Below are positions 11,865-22,484 of a stretch of 64,000 nt of DNA, piece by piece. The stretch spans positions 1,414-65,413 of the IMG/VR virus record IMGVR_UViG_3300044699_000088; one strand, 5' to 3'. Source of the stretch: a virus (Duplodnaviria > Caudoviricetes). Positions within the stretch are counted from its first letter, which is position 1. The number at the start of each line of letters is the position of its first letter. Made by a program: the position numbers and the translations under genes. The notes under the pieces are model-generated. The model ran no database searches, was not told the origin of the DNA, and saw only the letters and a program-made list of their open reading frames with translations.

Positions 11865-12494
11865 ATGGCCACGAAAAAGAAAACGGTGAGCGCCGCATCA
11901 AAGAAGGGAGTCGTTGCGCGGAAGACGAAAGCGGCTCGAGCGAAGAAGGCACAACCGTCGCCGCTTGCGCGTGCGAACGCGGTCGCGAAGAAGGGGACGG
12001 CGCCCAAGCGAACCATGAGGAAGGTTCAGCCGGCGAAGATGACGGACAAGTTCCCCAGTCGGGAGGCGATCAGTCGCGAACGCGCTGACAAGCACGCGGC
12101 GGACATGAAAAAGCCGTGGTTCCGCGCCTACCGCGAAGGAGCGCAGCGTGAGTGGATTGCCATCCGCAAGGCGAGGGAAGAGGGTGACACGAAGGCGTTA
12201 CGGCAGGCGGAGGCGCGGTTGGCCGAGCTCAAGGCACATCGTGATGTTGCCAAGAACGCAGAGCGGGGCGGGAAGCCCAAGGCGAAGCCCTATAAACGCA
12301 AGCCGTCGAAGATCAAAGAGACTCCCGTGCCAGTGGTCGATGATCGTCCGGAGTCAGCACCGGAGCCGGAGCCAGCACCGGAGTACACACCGGAAACGAT
12401 CTATGAACCTCCATCAGAAGAGTCGGCCACTTATGAGGAGCCGGTTCCTACGACCGACGATGGTTCACGCGACATGGATGAGGCGACTCAATAG
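11865..12494 (+). CDS. Histone H1-like Lys/Ala-rich protein with acidic tail
   Basis: AAGGAG RBS; MATKKKTVSAASKKGVVARKTKAARAKK; E/P-rich C-terminus. Confidence 0.65.
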   Translation: MATKKKTVSAASKKGVVARKTKAARAKKAQPSPLARANAVAKKGTAPKRTMRKVQPAKMTDKFPSREAISRERADKHAADMKKPWFRAYREGAQREWIAIRKAREEGDTKALRQAEARLAELKAHRDVAKNAERGGKPKAKPYKRKPSKIKETPVPVVDDRPESAPEPEPAPEYTPETIYEPPSEESATYEEPVPTTDDGSRDMDEATQ

Positions 12495-12501
12495 GGACGT
12501 G

Positions 12502-13161
12502 ATGCGGCCTTATTACGATCACGCGGGGATTCAAATCTACCTCGGCGATTGCCGGGAGGTGATGGCTACGCGCGGAGCACTTGACGTTGAATACAATCGC
12601 TTCACTGTCATCACCGATCCCCCTTATGGCACCGGGTGGATAGGTGGCGGCCAGAGTGACGGTGGATTCCATGCTCAACACGAGCGGCCGGAGTGGGACA
12701 AATGGACAACGGACTGGCTGCGCCTCATCAACGGCGCGGCCGCTTGTGCGGTCTTCTGTCCTGACCCAGGCATCGCCGATCTAGCCACGCACTTCGGTAA
12801 GATTCGCCTCCGCTACTACCTCAAGACGAATCCGCGCCCATCGCTTAACGGGAACGACGCCCCAAGCATTGAGCCGATCGTGATCTGGCCACGTGTGCGA
12901 TTCAGTGATGGTCCGTCCCATCGCGCGGCATTCAATGGTGACGCGGAGCACCCATGCCAGAAACCGCTGTCGATCATGAAATGGCTTGTCGAGGATGTTG
13001 CGGCGCCAGGGGAGACGATTCTTGATCCGTTCATGGGGAGTGGTACCACGCTCCGCGCGGCGAAGGACCTAGGGCGGAAGGCGATCGGCATTGATATCGA
13101 TGAGCGTTGTTGCGAGATGAGCGCGCGACTTTTGCAGCAAGAGGTTTTCGCGTTTCCCTGA
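12502..13161 (+). CDS. Orphan N6-adenine/N4-cytosine DNA methyltransferase
   Basis: IYLGDCREV, ITDPPYG, HPCQKP, ILDPFMGSGTT, AIGIDI. Confidence 0.93.
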   Translation: MRPYYDHAGIQIYLGDCREVMATRGALDVEYNRFTVITDPPYGTGWIGGGQSDGGFHAQHERPEWDKWTTDWLRLINGAAACAVFCPDPGIADLATHFGKIRLRYYLKTNPRPSLNGNDAPSIEPIVIWPRVRFSDGPSHRAAFNGDAEHPCQKPLSIMKWLVEDVAAPGETILDPFMGSGTTLRAAKDLGRKAIGIDIDERCCEMSARLLQQEVFAFP

Positions 13162-13489
13162 GGTGGAAAAGCAAGGTTTAGAAAGGTAAGGTCAGATTGT
13201 CGAATCGTAAACGGCTGTTGTTTTTGGCGCTTCGGGTGGCGCTTGGGGCAATGCTTGGGTTGGGTATTGTGACCACGTGCACCGGGATCGAAGAGGTAGG
13301 GCCACAGCGCAAGCAAGCAGAGGCCCCGCCACCTGAACCGCGCTTCGTTGTGGCGTCGATTAACAGTGGGATCGCGCATTGGAGTTACTACATCCGCGAC
13401 AACGATTCCGGCGCCGAGTTCCTCGTGTTCTGCCGCGATGGGTGTGCGATGGCTCAACTGCCAGCGGTGCAGGTGGTGAAGGAAGCCAA

Positions 13490-13935
13490 ATGACCGACCC
13501 CGTGAACCACCCTTTGCACTACCAGATTGGTCGCTTTGAGGTAATCGACGTCATCGAGGAATGGCAACTTGGGTTCCACCTCGGAACGCCATCAAGTACA
13601 TTGCCAGGGCGGGGAAGAAGGGCGATCGGGCGGAGGACTTGCGCAAAGCAAGATGGTATCTGGACCGAGAGATTGCGAGGGAGACCGAGCCGGTCAAGCC
13701 GCCGGAGCGTATCTGGTACAAGCCGCCCGAATGTATCTGCTACGAGAGATTTTCTGCGGATGGGCGGCGAGCACTAGATCCGAGTGGTGAGGTGCTGAAT
13801 CATTGCAGCGCGATTCCCGTGCATCCAGATTGCCCCGTGCATGCTGACTTTGTGGGTCGGTCGATAATTCCCAATCACATAGAAAAGAGTCAGCCTATTT
13901 GTCGCTGTGTTGCTTGCTGGGCTGGACCCGTATGA
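13490..13935 (+). CDS. DUF3310 domain protein (frameshift ~13585)
   Basis: MTDPVNHPLHY..EVIDVIEEWQLGFHLG / NAIKYIARAGKKGDRAEDLRKARWYL. Confidence 0.85.
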
Positions 13936-14544
13936 CAACCCGCAACCTCTCTCCGCTCCTCCAAGACCTCTCTGACACCTTGCGGTGCGCCGATGGCTGC
14001 TTGTGGCTTGACCACGACGCGGACGGTATTTGCATGCGGGACTGTGAGCGGTGCGGGTTGCGTTGCGAGGGGAAAGGGAAGCGGATGCATGAGTGATTTT
14101 GTGGGGTTTCTGCGGCTGAGGAAATGTGAGGGCTACGGCACGGTGCCCGTTCTCGTTTCCATCGGTGAGATTGTGACCATCGACGACTATAACCCGCGGT
14201 CGCGCGTATCTGGCTATGCTTCCGGGATGGCGGAGATCGTGCTCCAAAACGGCCGACGAATTGTTACGGATATTGGCATCGCAGATATTGAGAGAGCGAT
14301 CGCTGAAGTTTTCGCGAGTACGGCTCGCAAGAAAGCGGAGGATAGCGATGCAAAAGGATGACGCGGAGTTCTTGCGGGGAATCGGGATTGAGTCCGTAGC
14401 GAACGAGACTTCGTCGCTGGTGGATAGTAGCCTCTCACCTAAGGAGTGGTTTGTGCGGAAAGTGGCGGACTACCGCGCAGAGAATCCCCCGCGCAAGTTG
14501 GCGTATCAGGCGCCCAAGATAACGCTGTTGCAGTGGAAGAAGTG

Positions 14545-15090
14545 ATGCGCAAGGCAAAGCTAAAAGCGAAGACGAAGAGCAAGCGGAAGCCAGCGCGGCG
14601 CAAGCCAAAGACGATCCCGGTTACGCCGAGCCAGCCAGAAGCCAGCCGCGGCCGGGGCAGGCCGGGCATTGAGCTCACCGATACAGAAGAGTTCCAGATC
14701 GAAGAGATGGCAGTCTGCCAGAACACCAATGAGGACATCGCGCGAATCATGGGGTTCAGCGTTGACACGCTGACGAGGAAATTTGCGGAGATTTTAGACA
14801 AAGGGCGAGCGCGGGGAAGAAATACGCTCCGCATGTGGCAATGGAACCTCGCTAAGAGCGGCAACGTTGTGATGTGTATTTGGCTTGGCAAGCAGATGCT
14901 CGGCCAGCGCAACGAGGCGCGCATCACCGTCGACCCGCACACGGGCACTGATCAGATGGACGTGTCGCAGTTGACCACCGAAGAGCTGACCGAGTTGGAG
15001 CGGCTCTTGGTCAAGGCTGCCCCTGTCGGTGTGCTCGGTGGACCTGATGCGCAGGGTGAAGAACAGTCGAGCCAGGAGACGACCAACTAA
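14545..15090 (+). CDS. terS: Terminase small subunit-like protein
   Basis: GRP..HTH (EDIARIMGFSVDTL), AKSGNVVMCIWLGKQMLGQ, DVSQLTTEEL; directly before TerL. Confidence 0.8.
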   Translation: MRKAKLKAKTKSKRKPARRKPKTIPVTPSQPEASRGRGRPGIELTDTEEFQIEEMAVCQNTNEDIARIMGFSVDTLTRKFAEILDKGRARGRNTLRMWQWNLAKSGNVVMCIWLGKQMLGQRNEARITVDPHTGTDQMDVSQLTTEELTELERLLVKAAPVGVLGGPDAQGEEQSSQETTN

Positions 15091-15093
15091 CGC

Positions 15094-16707
15094 ATGACAT
15101 CCGCCGTTCCACAACCCGAAGCCCGCAGGATGCTCACGGTCCCAACGCTGGAGGTTGTGCGCGCCGAACTCGCGAAGCGCGCCCCCGTCTGGGTACCCCA
15201 ACCGGGCCCGCAAACCATGGCGTATGCGTCGGAGGCAAACATCCTGGGATATGGAGGCGGATCAGGAGGCGGGAAAACGGACCTCCTACTCGGTCTAGCA
15301 GTGACGCAGCATCGTCGTGCGATCATCTTTCGCCGTGAACACACCGAGGCCCGCGACATGTTTGCACGATGCCAGGAGATCATCGAGAAGGCGAACGTCG
15401 TCGCTAGGCTGAACCGTGCGCTCTCCACGATTCATCTTGAGGCCACCGATCGACTGTTGGAACTCGGCGGTATTCGCAATCCGGAAGATTGGCGGAAGCA
15501 GCGTGGCAGGGCGAGAGATCTGTTCGGGTTTGACGAAGCCACAGAGTTCGAGGAGTTGATGGTTCGCTCTCTTCTCGCATGGAACCGAACAACGATTCCA
15601 GGGCAACGGTGTCGGTACGTTCTAGGATTCAACCCGCCGAGCTTGAAGCGTGGGCAGTGGCTCCGCCAGTTCTTCGGGCCATGGCTCGATTCGAAGCATC
15701 CAAACCCAGCGGAGTACGGGGAGCTGCGCTGGTTTACGACGATCAACGGTCAAGATGTGGAGTGTCCCAACGGCGAACCATTCGCCACAGGCGAGACGGA
15801 CCCGAACACCGGCAAGCCTGAGATCGCGCAGCCGTTATCGCGTACCTTCATCCGCGCCCTTCTTGATGACAACGCCTATCTCCGCGACACGAACTACCGT
15901 GCTGGCCTTCAAGCCCTCCCTGGCACCCTCCGCGCTCAGCTCCTCTACGGCGATATGGACGCCGAGGACTTTGACGACGCCTTCCAGGTCATCCCTACCA
16001 AGTGGGTGCAGCTTGCACAGGAGCGGTGGTCCATCGATGGCCACAATGGCGGCGCCCTTTCCGCCCTCGGCTCCGACCCGGCGCATGGTGGCCATGACGA
16101 GAACGTAGGCGTTGCTCGCGTGGGAACGTGGTTCTCTGAGCCGGTGGCGAAGCCCGGCCACGAAACCCCGCACGGGAGAGACACGATTGTCATGCTGGCT
16201 AAGCTCGCGCAGCAGTTCCCATCCGCCGGCAAGGAGGTTCCCATCGGAATGGACGTGTGCGGCGTGGGGGAGGCCGTAGGCGCCATCGCCGAGGACATGG
16301 AACTCCTGTTGGTAGGCCTTGACGGCTCCAAGCCAGCCCCCGACAAGGCAACCGACCGCTCCGGACTGCTCGCGTTTTTCAACATGCGCGCTTACATGTG
16401 GTGGCGCTTTCGCGAAGCGCTGGACCCGGAGAACGGTGAGAACCTCGCACTCCCTCCCGATCGTGACTTGCTAGTCGATCTATGCTCCGCACATTACGAG
16501 GTCGGGCCGCGGGGGATAAAGATCGAAGCAAAGGAGCACATCAAGAAACGCATTGGTCGGTCACCGGGCAAGGGTGAGGGTGTAATCTACGCCTACATGG
16601 CGCGACCTCAAGTGATCGGCTACCAGACCGTGGAAACACGGTCGCATGGGGCGGAGAGTGTGTCCGGAGCGATGACGAGCAAGTGGAAGCAGCAGAGGGG
16701 GTTCTGA
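15094..16707 (+). CDS. terL: Terminase large subunit
   Basis: PQPGPQ, GYGGGSGGGKT Walker A, FGFDEATEF Walker B, GFNP, nuclease LGSDPAHGGHD, KKRIGRSPG. Confidence 0.95.
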   Translation: MTSAVPQPEARRMLTVPTLEVVRAELAKRAPVWVPQPGPQTMAYASEANILGYGGGSGGGKTDLLLGLAVTQHRRAIIFRREHTEARDMFARCQEIIEKANVVARLNRALSTIHLEATDRLLELGGIRNPEDWRKQRGRARDLFGFDEATEFEELMVRSLLAWNRTTIPGQRCRYVLGFNPPSLKRGQWLRQFFGPWLDSKHPNPAEYGELRWFTTINGQDVECPNGEPFATGETDPNTGKPEIAQPLSRTFIRALLDDNAYLRDTNYRAGLQALPGTLRAQLLYGDMDAEDFDDAFQVIPTKWVQLAQERWSIDGHNGGALSALGSDPAHGGHDENVGVARVGTWFSEPVAKPGHETPHGRDTIVMLAKLAQQFPSAGKEVPIGMDVCGVGEAVGAIAEDMELLLVGLDGSKPAPDKATDRSGLLAFFNMRAYMWWRFREALDPENGENLALPPDRDLLVDLCSAHYEVGPRGIKIEAKEHIKKRIGRSPGKGEGVIYAYMARPQVIGYQTVETRSHGAESVSGAMTSKWKQQRGF

Positions 16708-16954
16708 ATGACTACTGAAAATACGCTCTGCCTGAGCTGCGGGCATGTTGGCGGAAGCTCGGGTATGTCAACGACGACCCACGGCTCGTTTGCGCGCGGT
16801 GCGCTAAAGCTCATGTGGCCGAAGCTCGGCGCAAAAGCATCATTGAGGCGCCGAATTCAGTCCTGATCGTTGATGCTGCGCACTACGCCCGGTTCCCGTT
16901 TTGCAATTGCTCCGGAGGGAGCCATCCATGTCGAGCACTTGGGCGGTATTTACC

Positions 16955-17197
16955 ATGAGCAACTCACCACGGCGCAAGGCAATCAAACGACGGCAACGTT
17001 TACGGAAGGAGTACGGGGAACTCTTCCGGAGAAACTTCCTGTGGTATCGCGAGCAAACTGAGCCCGACCCCGATATTGTGTGGCCAAGCGGCGTTCCGGC
17101 CACAGACTACCGTGCCGCTCTCGAACCTCTCTCGCCCGAATTGCGCAATCGGCTTCTCTACGGCGATTTGATTCACGAGGACACTTTAGCGCCATGA
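16955..17197 (+). CDS. Small basic protein carrying a TerL-like segment
   Basis: DYRAALEPLSPELRNRLLYGD resembles TerL NYRAGLQALPGTLRAQLLYGD. Confidence 0.55.
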   Translation: MSNSPRRKAIKRRQRLRKEYGELFRRNFLWYREQTEPDPDIVWPSGVPATDYRAALEPLSPELRNRLLYGDLIHEDTLAP

Positions 17198-17423
17198 CTT
17201 CAACCAAAGCCGGCCCTCTCTCCCGCACCTGCCTCAACTGCGGCAAGGTGCATCGCTTCGATCATCTCATGGTTGACCGCGAGCCGAAGCTGATCCAGAC
17301 CCTTGAGGATGTTCGCCGCTTCTACTTCCGCGTGGCAGAGAATCGGGCCCGCGAGATGATGGCATTGCTAGCGATAAAACGGCGCGAGAGAGAGAAGTTT
17401 CTGCGGAGTCACAGGAGGCGGTG

Positions 17424-17867
17424 ATGGACGAGAGTAAGACGACGATCAAGCCCGGCGATGTCGTGTACGTCGGCGGGATGAAAGCGCGGGTAATGTCGGC
17501 AGATGAAGCCGAGGAAGCTGATGACGAACCAACGGTGATCATTGCGGACGAGGATGAGCAATATGAGGCTCGTCGGTGCGGTGTAACCTTCTCTGACGAG
17601 AATGGCGTGTCCTGCGTGAGGCTCCCTCACCCCGACGACGAGGAGCACCAGGCCGGCATGGTTACTTGGCGGGAGAGCACCCGGCGCGTAGCGGCGAACG
17701 ACGGCGACGCCCTCACAATCGCGTGCGTCGAGTGTGGGGCGATCTTCACGGAGCCCGCATTGCGCCCGCTCACCCTTGGGAGCGCGATCGCGGTAGAGAA
17801 TCTCGACGAGGCGCAGCGGACACTGCGTTGGCGGATGATGAAGCATCGGCGGTTGCGGCACACCTAG
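17424..17867 (+). CDS. Hypothetical protein
   Basis: AGGAGG RBS; acidic ORF with CxxC. Confidence 0.55.
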   Translation: MDESKTTIKPGDVVYVGGMKARVMSADEAEEADDEPTVIIADEDEQYEARRCGVTFSDENGVSCVRLPHPDDEEHQAGMVTWRESTRRVAANDGDALTIACVECGAIFTEPALRPLTLGSAIAVENLDEAQRTLRWRMMKHRRLRHT

Positions 17868-17951
17868 CAATTCTTCCCCGAATCCATCCCCCGAATCCAT
17901 CCCCTCCCGATTTACCCTCCCGCAGCCCGCCGCTCCGCCATTCTCCCTAAT

Positions 17952-19613
17952 GTGAGCTTAGGCGAACGCTTCCGCCGTGCCCTTACTACGCCCCTGTTTG
18001 GCAAGGCACTTGATCGGCCTAAGGCCAGCGACGCAGTAGCCAAGGCAACCGACCCCCTCGACGAATGGGGTCGGCCCCTCACGGCCATCCGTGACCCGAT
18101 GATCGGGTCAATCTTTCAGCCGCGGACAATCGACCGGCTCTCCACGGTCACCCCGCCATGGTTGCCTGATCAGATCCTGGGCGCCCTTGCCGCGGCTGAG
18201 AGCGGCGACATGGGACAGCAGGCGGAGCTAGCCGAGTGCATCCGTGAGCGCGATGGTGCAACGGCTGGCTTTATTCAGAGCCGATGCCTCGCTCCAGCAG
18301 GCCTCAAATGGTCAATCGATCCTCGGGGCGACTCCCCTTTAGCGCAAGACATCGCCGAGATGGTCAGGGACGAGATCAAGGCGATCCCCAATTTCCCGAT
18401 TGCCTTCCGTCACATGCAAGACGCCATTTGGGTGGGACTCTCCGCCCTGTGGATTGACTGGCAGCTCGGCGGCCGGCATCCCAAAAGCCGCTATCGCATC
18501 AATGGCCTCCACCACATCAACCCGAAGCGCTACCGCTTCGACTGGCAGGCGGAGAAGTTTCTGATCCTCCCGGATGCCCCATCGCCGGAGATCGCCACCA
18601 ACGCGCATTTCTTCGGCCCTACGCGCTCCCCGTTCGCAGTCGGTGCGTTCGGAGTCGGCGTTGAGCCGGCGCCGTGGAAGGTGCTCATCCATCAGACGCG
18701 CATTCGTAGCGGTCACCCGGCGAAGGTCGGGGTTATGCGGATCTGTGCACTATATTTCCTGCTGCGCAACTTCGCGCTCAAGGATTTCTCGACCTACGTC
18801 GATGTGTATGGCATGCCCCTGCGCATCGGGAAGTATCCCGAGGGGGCGAGCGACGCTGACAAAGCCGCGCTCTCCGAGGCGATCACGAGGCTCGGGACGG
18901 ACGGTGCAGCGATCGTATCCAAGCTGGTGGAGGTCGAATATCTCAAGGCGCAAGGGGGGGGAGCATCCGGCACGGAGCCTTTCACTGCACTTCTGCGGGA
19001 GTGCGAGCGACAAATTCAGCTCGCCATATGCGGGCAGGACCAAACCAACACGCACAATTCCGCTGGTGGCCGCACGCAGGTTGCCGAGGGAGGCGCGCCC
19101 ATTCGGCAAGACCTACTCGAGGCCGACTGCGTCGACTCCATGGCAACGCTCACCGGGCAGCTCTGCTATCCCATCGTGGCGTCGTCGGAGTATGGGATTA
19201 AGGCGGCCGATGACCTGTGCCCGAAGTTCCGGCTGCATTACGAGCCGGAGGACGACTACGTCTCGATGGCCCAGGTTGACGAGATCCTTCACACGAAGCT
19301 CGGGCTCAAGACCACACAGGGTCAGCTCGCCAAGCGATACGGACGGGAGCTCCCCGAGGGGGTAGACGCAGCGGAGATCATTGAGTTCAACATTCATCAG
19401 CCACCGCCTTCGCCGTTTGGGGGACTGCCGCCCGCGGACGATGAAGTTCCGGAGTCGGAGGTTGCTCCGCCGTTGCCGTTCGGGAAGAAGCCGGCGAAGG
19501 TACCTTCTGCTGCGAAGAAGGCGCTAGATGTTGAGCTCGATATGAATCCCCATGTCACGGATGAGTACCGCGCCGCGGTTCGCAATGAGGTATTACCGGA
19601 GGTTCCCGCATGA
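17952..19613 (+). CDS. Portal protein, Mu gp29/DUF935 family
   Basis: ALAAAESGD, ERDG, DVYGMPLRIGKYPEGAS, AICGQ; between TerL and protease. Confidence 0.92.
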   Translation: MSLGERFRRALTTPLFGKALDRPKASDAVAKATDPLDEWGRPLTAIRDPMIGSIFQPRTIDRLSTVTPPWLPDQILGALAAAESGDMGQQAELAECIRERDGATAGFIQSRCLAPAGLKWSIDPRGDSPLAQDIAEMVRDEIKAIPNFPIAFRHMQDAIWVGLSALWIDWQLGGRHPKSRYRINGLHHINPKRYRFDWQAEKFLILPDAPSPEIATNAHFFGPTRSPFAVGAFGVGVEPAPWKVLIHQTRIRSGHPAKVGVMRICALYFLLRNFALKDFSTYVDVYGMPLRIGKYPEGASDADKAALSEAITRLGTDGAAIVSKLVEVEYLKAQGGGASGTEPFTALLRECERQIQLAICGQDQTNTHNSAGGRTQVAEGGAPIRQDLLEADCVDSMATLTGQLCYPIVASSEYGIKAADDLCPKFRLHYEPEDDYVSMAQVDEILHTKLGLKTTQGQLAKRYGRELPEGVDAAEIIEFNIHQPPPSPFGGLPPADDEVPESEVAPPLPFGKKPAKVPSAAKKALDVELDMNPHVTDEYRAAVRNEVLPEVPA

Positions 19614-19783
19614 ACGGCGGCGACTACTACGAATTCGCCGCGCGGGCGATGGCGGCGCTGATCCTTAGCGACGTGAATAACAATGACACGTGGGAGGATA
19701 CCGCGCGCATGGCCTTCAAATATGCCGACGCCATGATGGCCGAAGGTGATCGGCGGTTGACGAAGAAAGAAGAGCGGGCATGA
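19610..19783 (+). CDS. Small phage protein (57 aa, not in ORF track)
   Basis: MNGGDYYEFAARAMAALI..ARMAFKYADAMMAE; ATGA overlaps at both ends. Confidence 0.6.
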   Translation: MNGGDYYEFAARAMAALILSDVNNNDTWEDTARMAFKYADAMMAEGDRRLTKKEERA

Positions 19784-20296
19784 GTGCCGACGCCTTTGCC
19801 GGACTTGGGCCAGAGGCGCCCCCGGAGCCGGACGTTTCGAATCTCCTCATCCGCGAAGAACGCCCCGGCACCTTCCGTGCGCTCTGCTACGACTGTCTAA
19901 GCGTTTTCGATCTATTCGGAACACTCGCCCCGCCAACGGAGTTCGGGGAGTCGCCGATCGTGCAACGATGCATTGACCACCTTCACCAGTGCAACACGAA
20001 GCGGAAACGGATCGAAAGCACGCAGGTGCTACAAAATCGCAACAGCCCTCACTACCTCCTCAAGGTGATCTGGCATTCATAGGTGACCTATGCCAAACCC
20101 TAAGACGATCGCTCATCCACAATTCAATCTCCGCGCAACGCGCAAGGTGTTCGGCTCCGACGTAGGCGGTCAGGGTGACGTGTGGCCGGACCAGCACCGA
20201 GACGAGGCGGGCAAATTCACGACTGATCCGAACGCGAAGCCGGAGCCTATCAGTACCGACCAGACTCCGAAGGCGCCGAAGTGACCCCTGAATTCT

Positions 20297-20959
20297 ATGC
20301 CCAATGATCATCAAGCCCCACCCGTGCCTGATCCGACCGTGCTTTCGACGGACGCCATTGCACGGGCGGTCAAGGCAGAGCGAGATTACGAAACCGCCCA
20401 GCTAGACGTCTTGCGCGAGCGGCTCCGTGGCATTGACAAGGCTACGGAACTCCTCAACGAAACGGTCAACCGGGTTCCGACCGATGTACAGAGAGAAGTC
20501 TCTCATCTGCGCGAGCTCTCGAACGAGAAGTTCAACTCGATCGCGATTCAGTTCGCTGAGCGAGACACGCGATCGGAGCGCGAGTCGCGCGATAACAAAG
20601 TCGCGGTTGATGCGGCCTTCGCCGCGCAGAAAGAAGCAGCAGCTCGTCAGGATGAAGCGAATCAAAAAGCAATCGACAAAAGCGAGAAATCCACCGCCGA
20701 GACAATCGCGAAGCTCTCCGAGCTGTTCAAGACTTCAGGTGATGGCTTCATGGGTCAGATCGCAGACATTAAGGAGCGAATCACTCGCGCCGAAGGTGCG
20801 GCAACCGCGGCGGCGTCGGCTGCATCGACGGCGCTTGCAGTGCGGTCCGAAGGGCTAACAGAGCGGCGAGGCTCGCAAGGAAACATGATCGCTATCGTGT
20901 CGATTGTTGGCGGTTCCCTCATCGGCATTGCCGGACTGCTGATTGCGGTTTTGAAATGA
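20297..20959 (+). CDS. Coiled-coil protein with C-terminal transmembrane helix
   Basis: Long helical body; C-terminal IAIVSIVGGSLIGIAGLLIAVLK. Confidence 0.7.
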   Translation: MPNDHQAPPVPDPTVLSTDAIARAVKAERDYETAQLDVLRERLRGIDKATELLNETVNRVPTDVQREVSHLRELSNEKFNSIAIQFAERDTRSERESRDNKVAVDAAFAAQKEAAARQDEANQKAIDKSEKSTAETIAKLSELFKTSGDGFMGQIADIKERITRAEGAATAAASAASTALAVRSEGLTERRGSQGNMIAIVSIVGGSLIGIAGLLIAVLK

Positions 20960-21481
20960 TAGCTTCATGATTTCTCTTCAACCGGCTGCGCATCGTTTCG
21001 TGAGCTGTCCGTGTGGACATACTGAGCACGTCGGCCTCGGCTACGGAGGACACCCTACAGGTGTCGAGTGTCCAGAATGCGATGCAATGGCTAAGCGCGA
21101 AGGCGTTGTTCTGGCCATTGAGTCGGCGGCGCGAATCGAGTTCCTGGCGATTGGGGTAGGCTCCCATGTCTTGTGCGGACGCAAACAATATCGGGTCATA
21201 TCGGTCGCAGAGGTGACGCGGCTCAATGGACGCTATGCCACCGGGCATTTCCTCATCAAGCTAAGGCCGGCATTGGAGGATTGAGGAGCGAAGAAAAAGG
21301 CCGCAGCGCCTGCTAAGGACTGCGGCCCTTCCCTGAATGGAAGTTGACCCGATCAAAGGCCATCATATGGTGATGCATGTATGCGGCCATACGGCAAGAA
21401 ATGGCGCGCCTCATGCTATTTTCATTTTCACAGCGTACCCGGCATTCAGCCGGCGCTATACCTTCAAGGAGAACCCCCCCC

Positions 21482-21784
21482 ATGGCCAAGGACAAGGACC
21501 GCGACAGCGTAATTGACCACCGCAATACACCCAACGTTCCTGCTGGCAATGTGCCGCAGGCGCCCGCTCCTCCGGTAGGCACTCGGGTGAATTCTACGAG
21601 CGTCGTCAACCCGGTGAATCCTCCGCGAAATCCGGACGGGTCGAAGGTCGGCATTGACCCGACGAGCGGCTTCTCGCCGCAGAATCCGGACAACATCCGG
21701 AAGCGGGATGAGAGTGAGAGCGAGAATGAACGCGACCGTCAGGCCGCGAAGCAGGCGAACAAGCGGGACCAAGACGCGCGGTAA
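21482..21784 (+). CDS. Disordered Pro/Asn-rich small protein
   Basis: AAGGAG RBS before MAKDKDRD. Confidence 0.5.
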   Translation: MAKDKDRDSVIDHRNTPNVPAGNVPQAPAPPVGTRVNSTSVVNPVNPPRNPDGSKVGIDPTSGFSPQNPDNIRKRDESESENERDRQAAKQANKRDQDAR

Positions 21785-22484
21785 GATGTACTGGTTAGTA
21801 GAGGGACCGGTGACAAGAGCCCCAGGGCTCTGCCACGGCGAACGTGGCTAGCCGGTTCCGCCCTTCTACTGGCTTTTGCTCCCGATTTCTGGCTTGCTAA
21901 AGAGTGCGGCCATGTCGCCCTTTCTCCCCTCGAAATCTATCTTTCTCGCGTCAAAATCGACCACGGACCATGAACCGTCTCCACGTACGAAGAGGTGTTT
22001 TTTGACGCCGCCCACGTCGATTAGGAAAACGCCAGGGCTGACGTAAACGCCGGGGCGTTTCATGAGCTTCCGGCCAGCCCTTACGCCGCCGTATATGGTC
22101 AATGGCGGATCAGTAGACCGCGCGCCGTCGCTCACAGGAAGCCCTTCCAGCGATCTTTGATCCTCTGCTCTTCGTGTCGCGTGATCGTTTTTCGTGCCAG
22201 CAATAAGCCGACGGCCCTGCGAATAATCCCGTGCGCAACCTGTGTCTCGGCCGGATCTAGTACGCCGCTATCGATGCGGGCTTCTAGTGCTTCCGCCACG
22301 ATCTCATGCCCCACTCTGCCCGTCGTAACTAGTTTGTATTCCAGTGTTGCCATAATGCCCCTTTCGCCCCTTGCACTGTATTCCAGAAAACATACCCCTT
22401 TTAAATCACCCTGGCTAGTGTCCCGAATCCATAGCCTCCCGCTTTCCCTTTCCCCTGCGCATCTGTGCCGCACCATGCACTTAC

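Noticed and set aside
12502-13161. Restriction-modification system
   Set aside because: No adjacent endonuclease; an orphan methyltransferase typical of phages.
17875-17905. Tandem CCCCGAATCCAT repeat before the portal as a pac or regulatory site
   Set aside because: Only two short copies in a pyrimidine-rich spacer; no further support.
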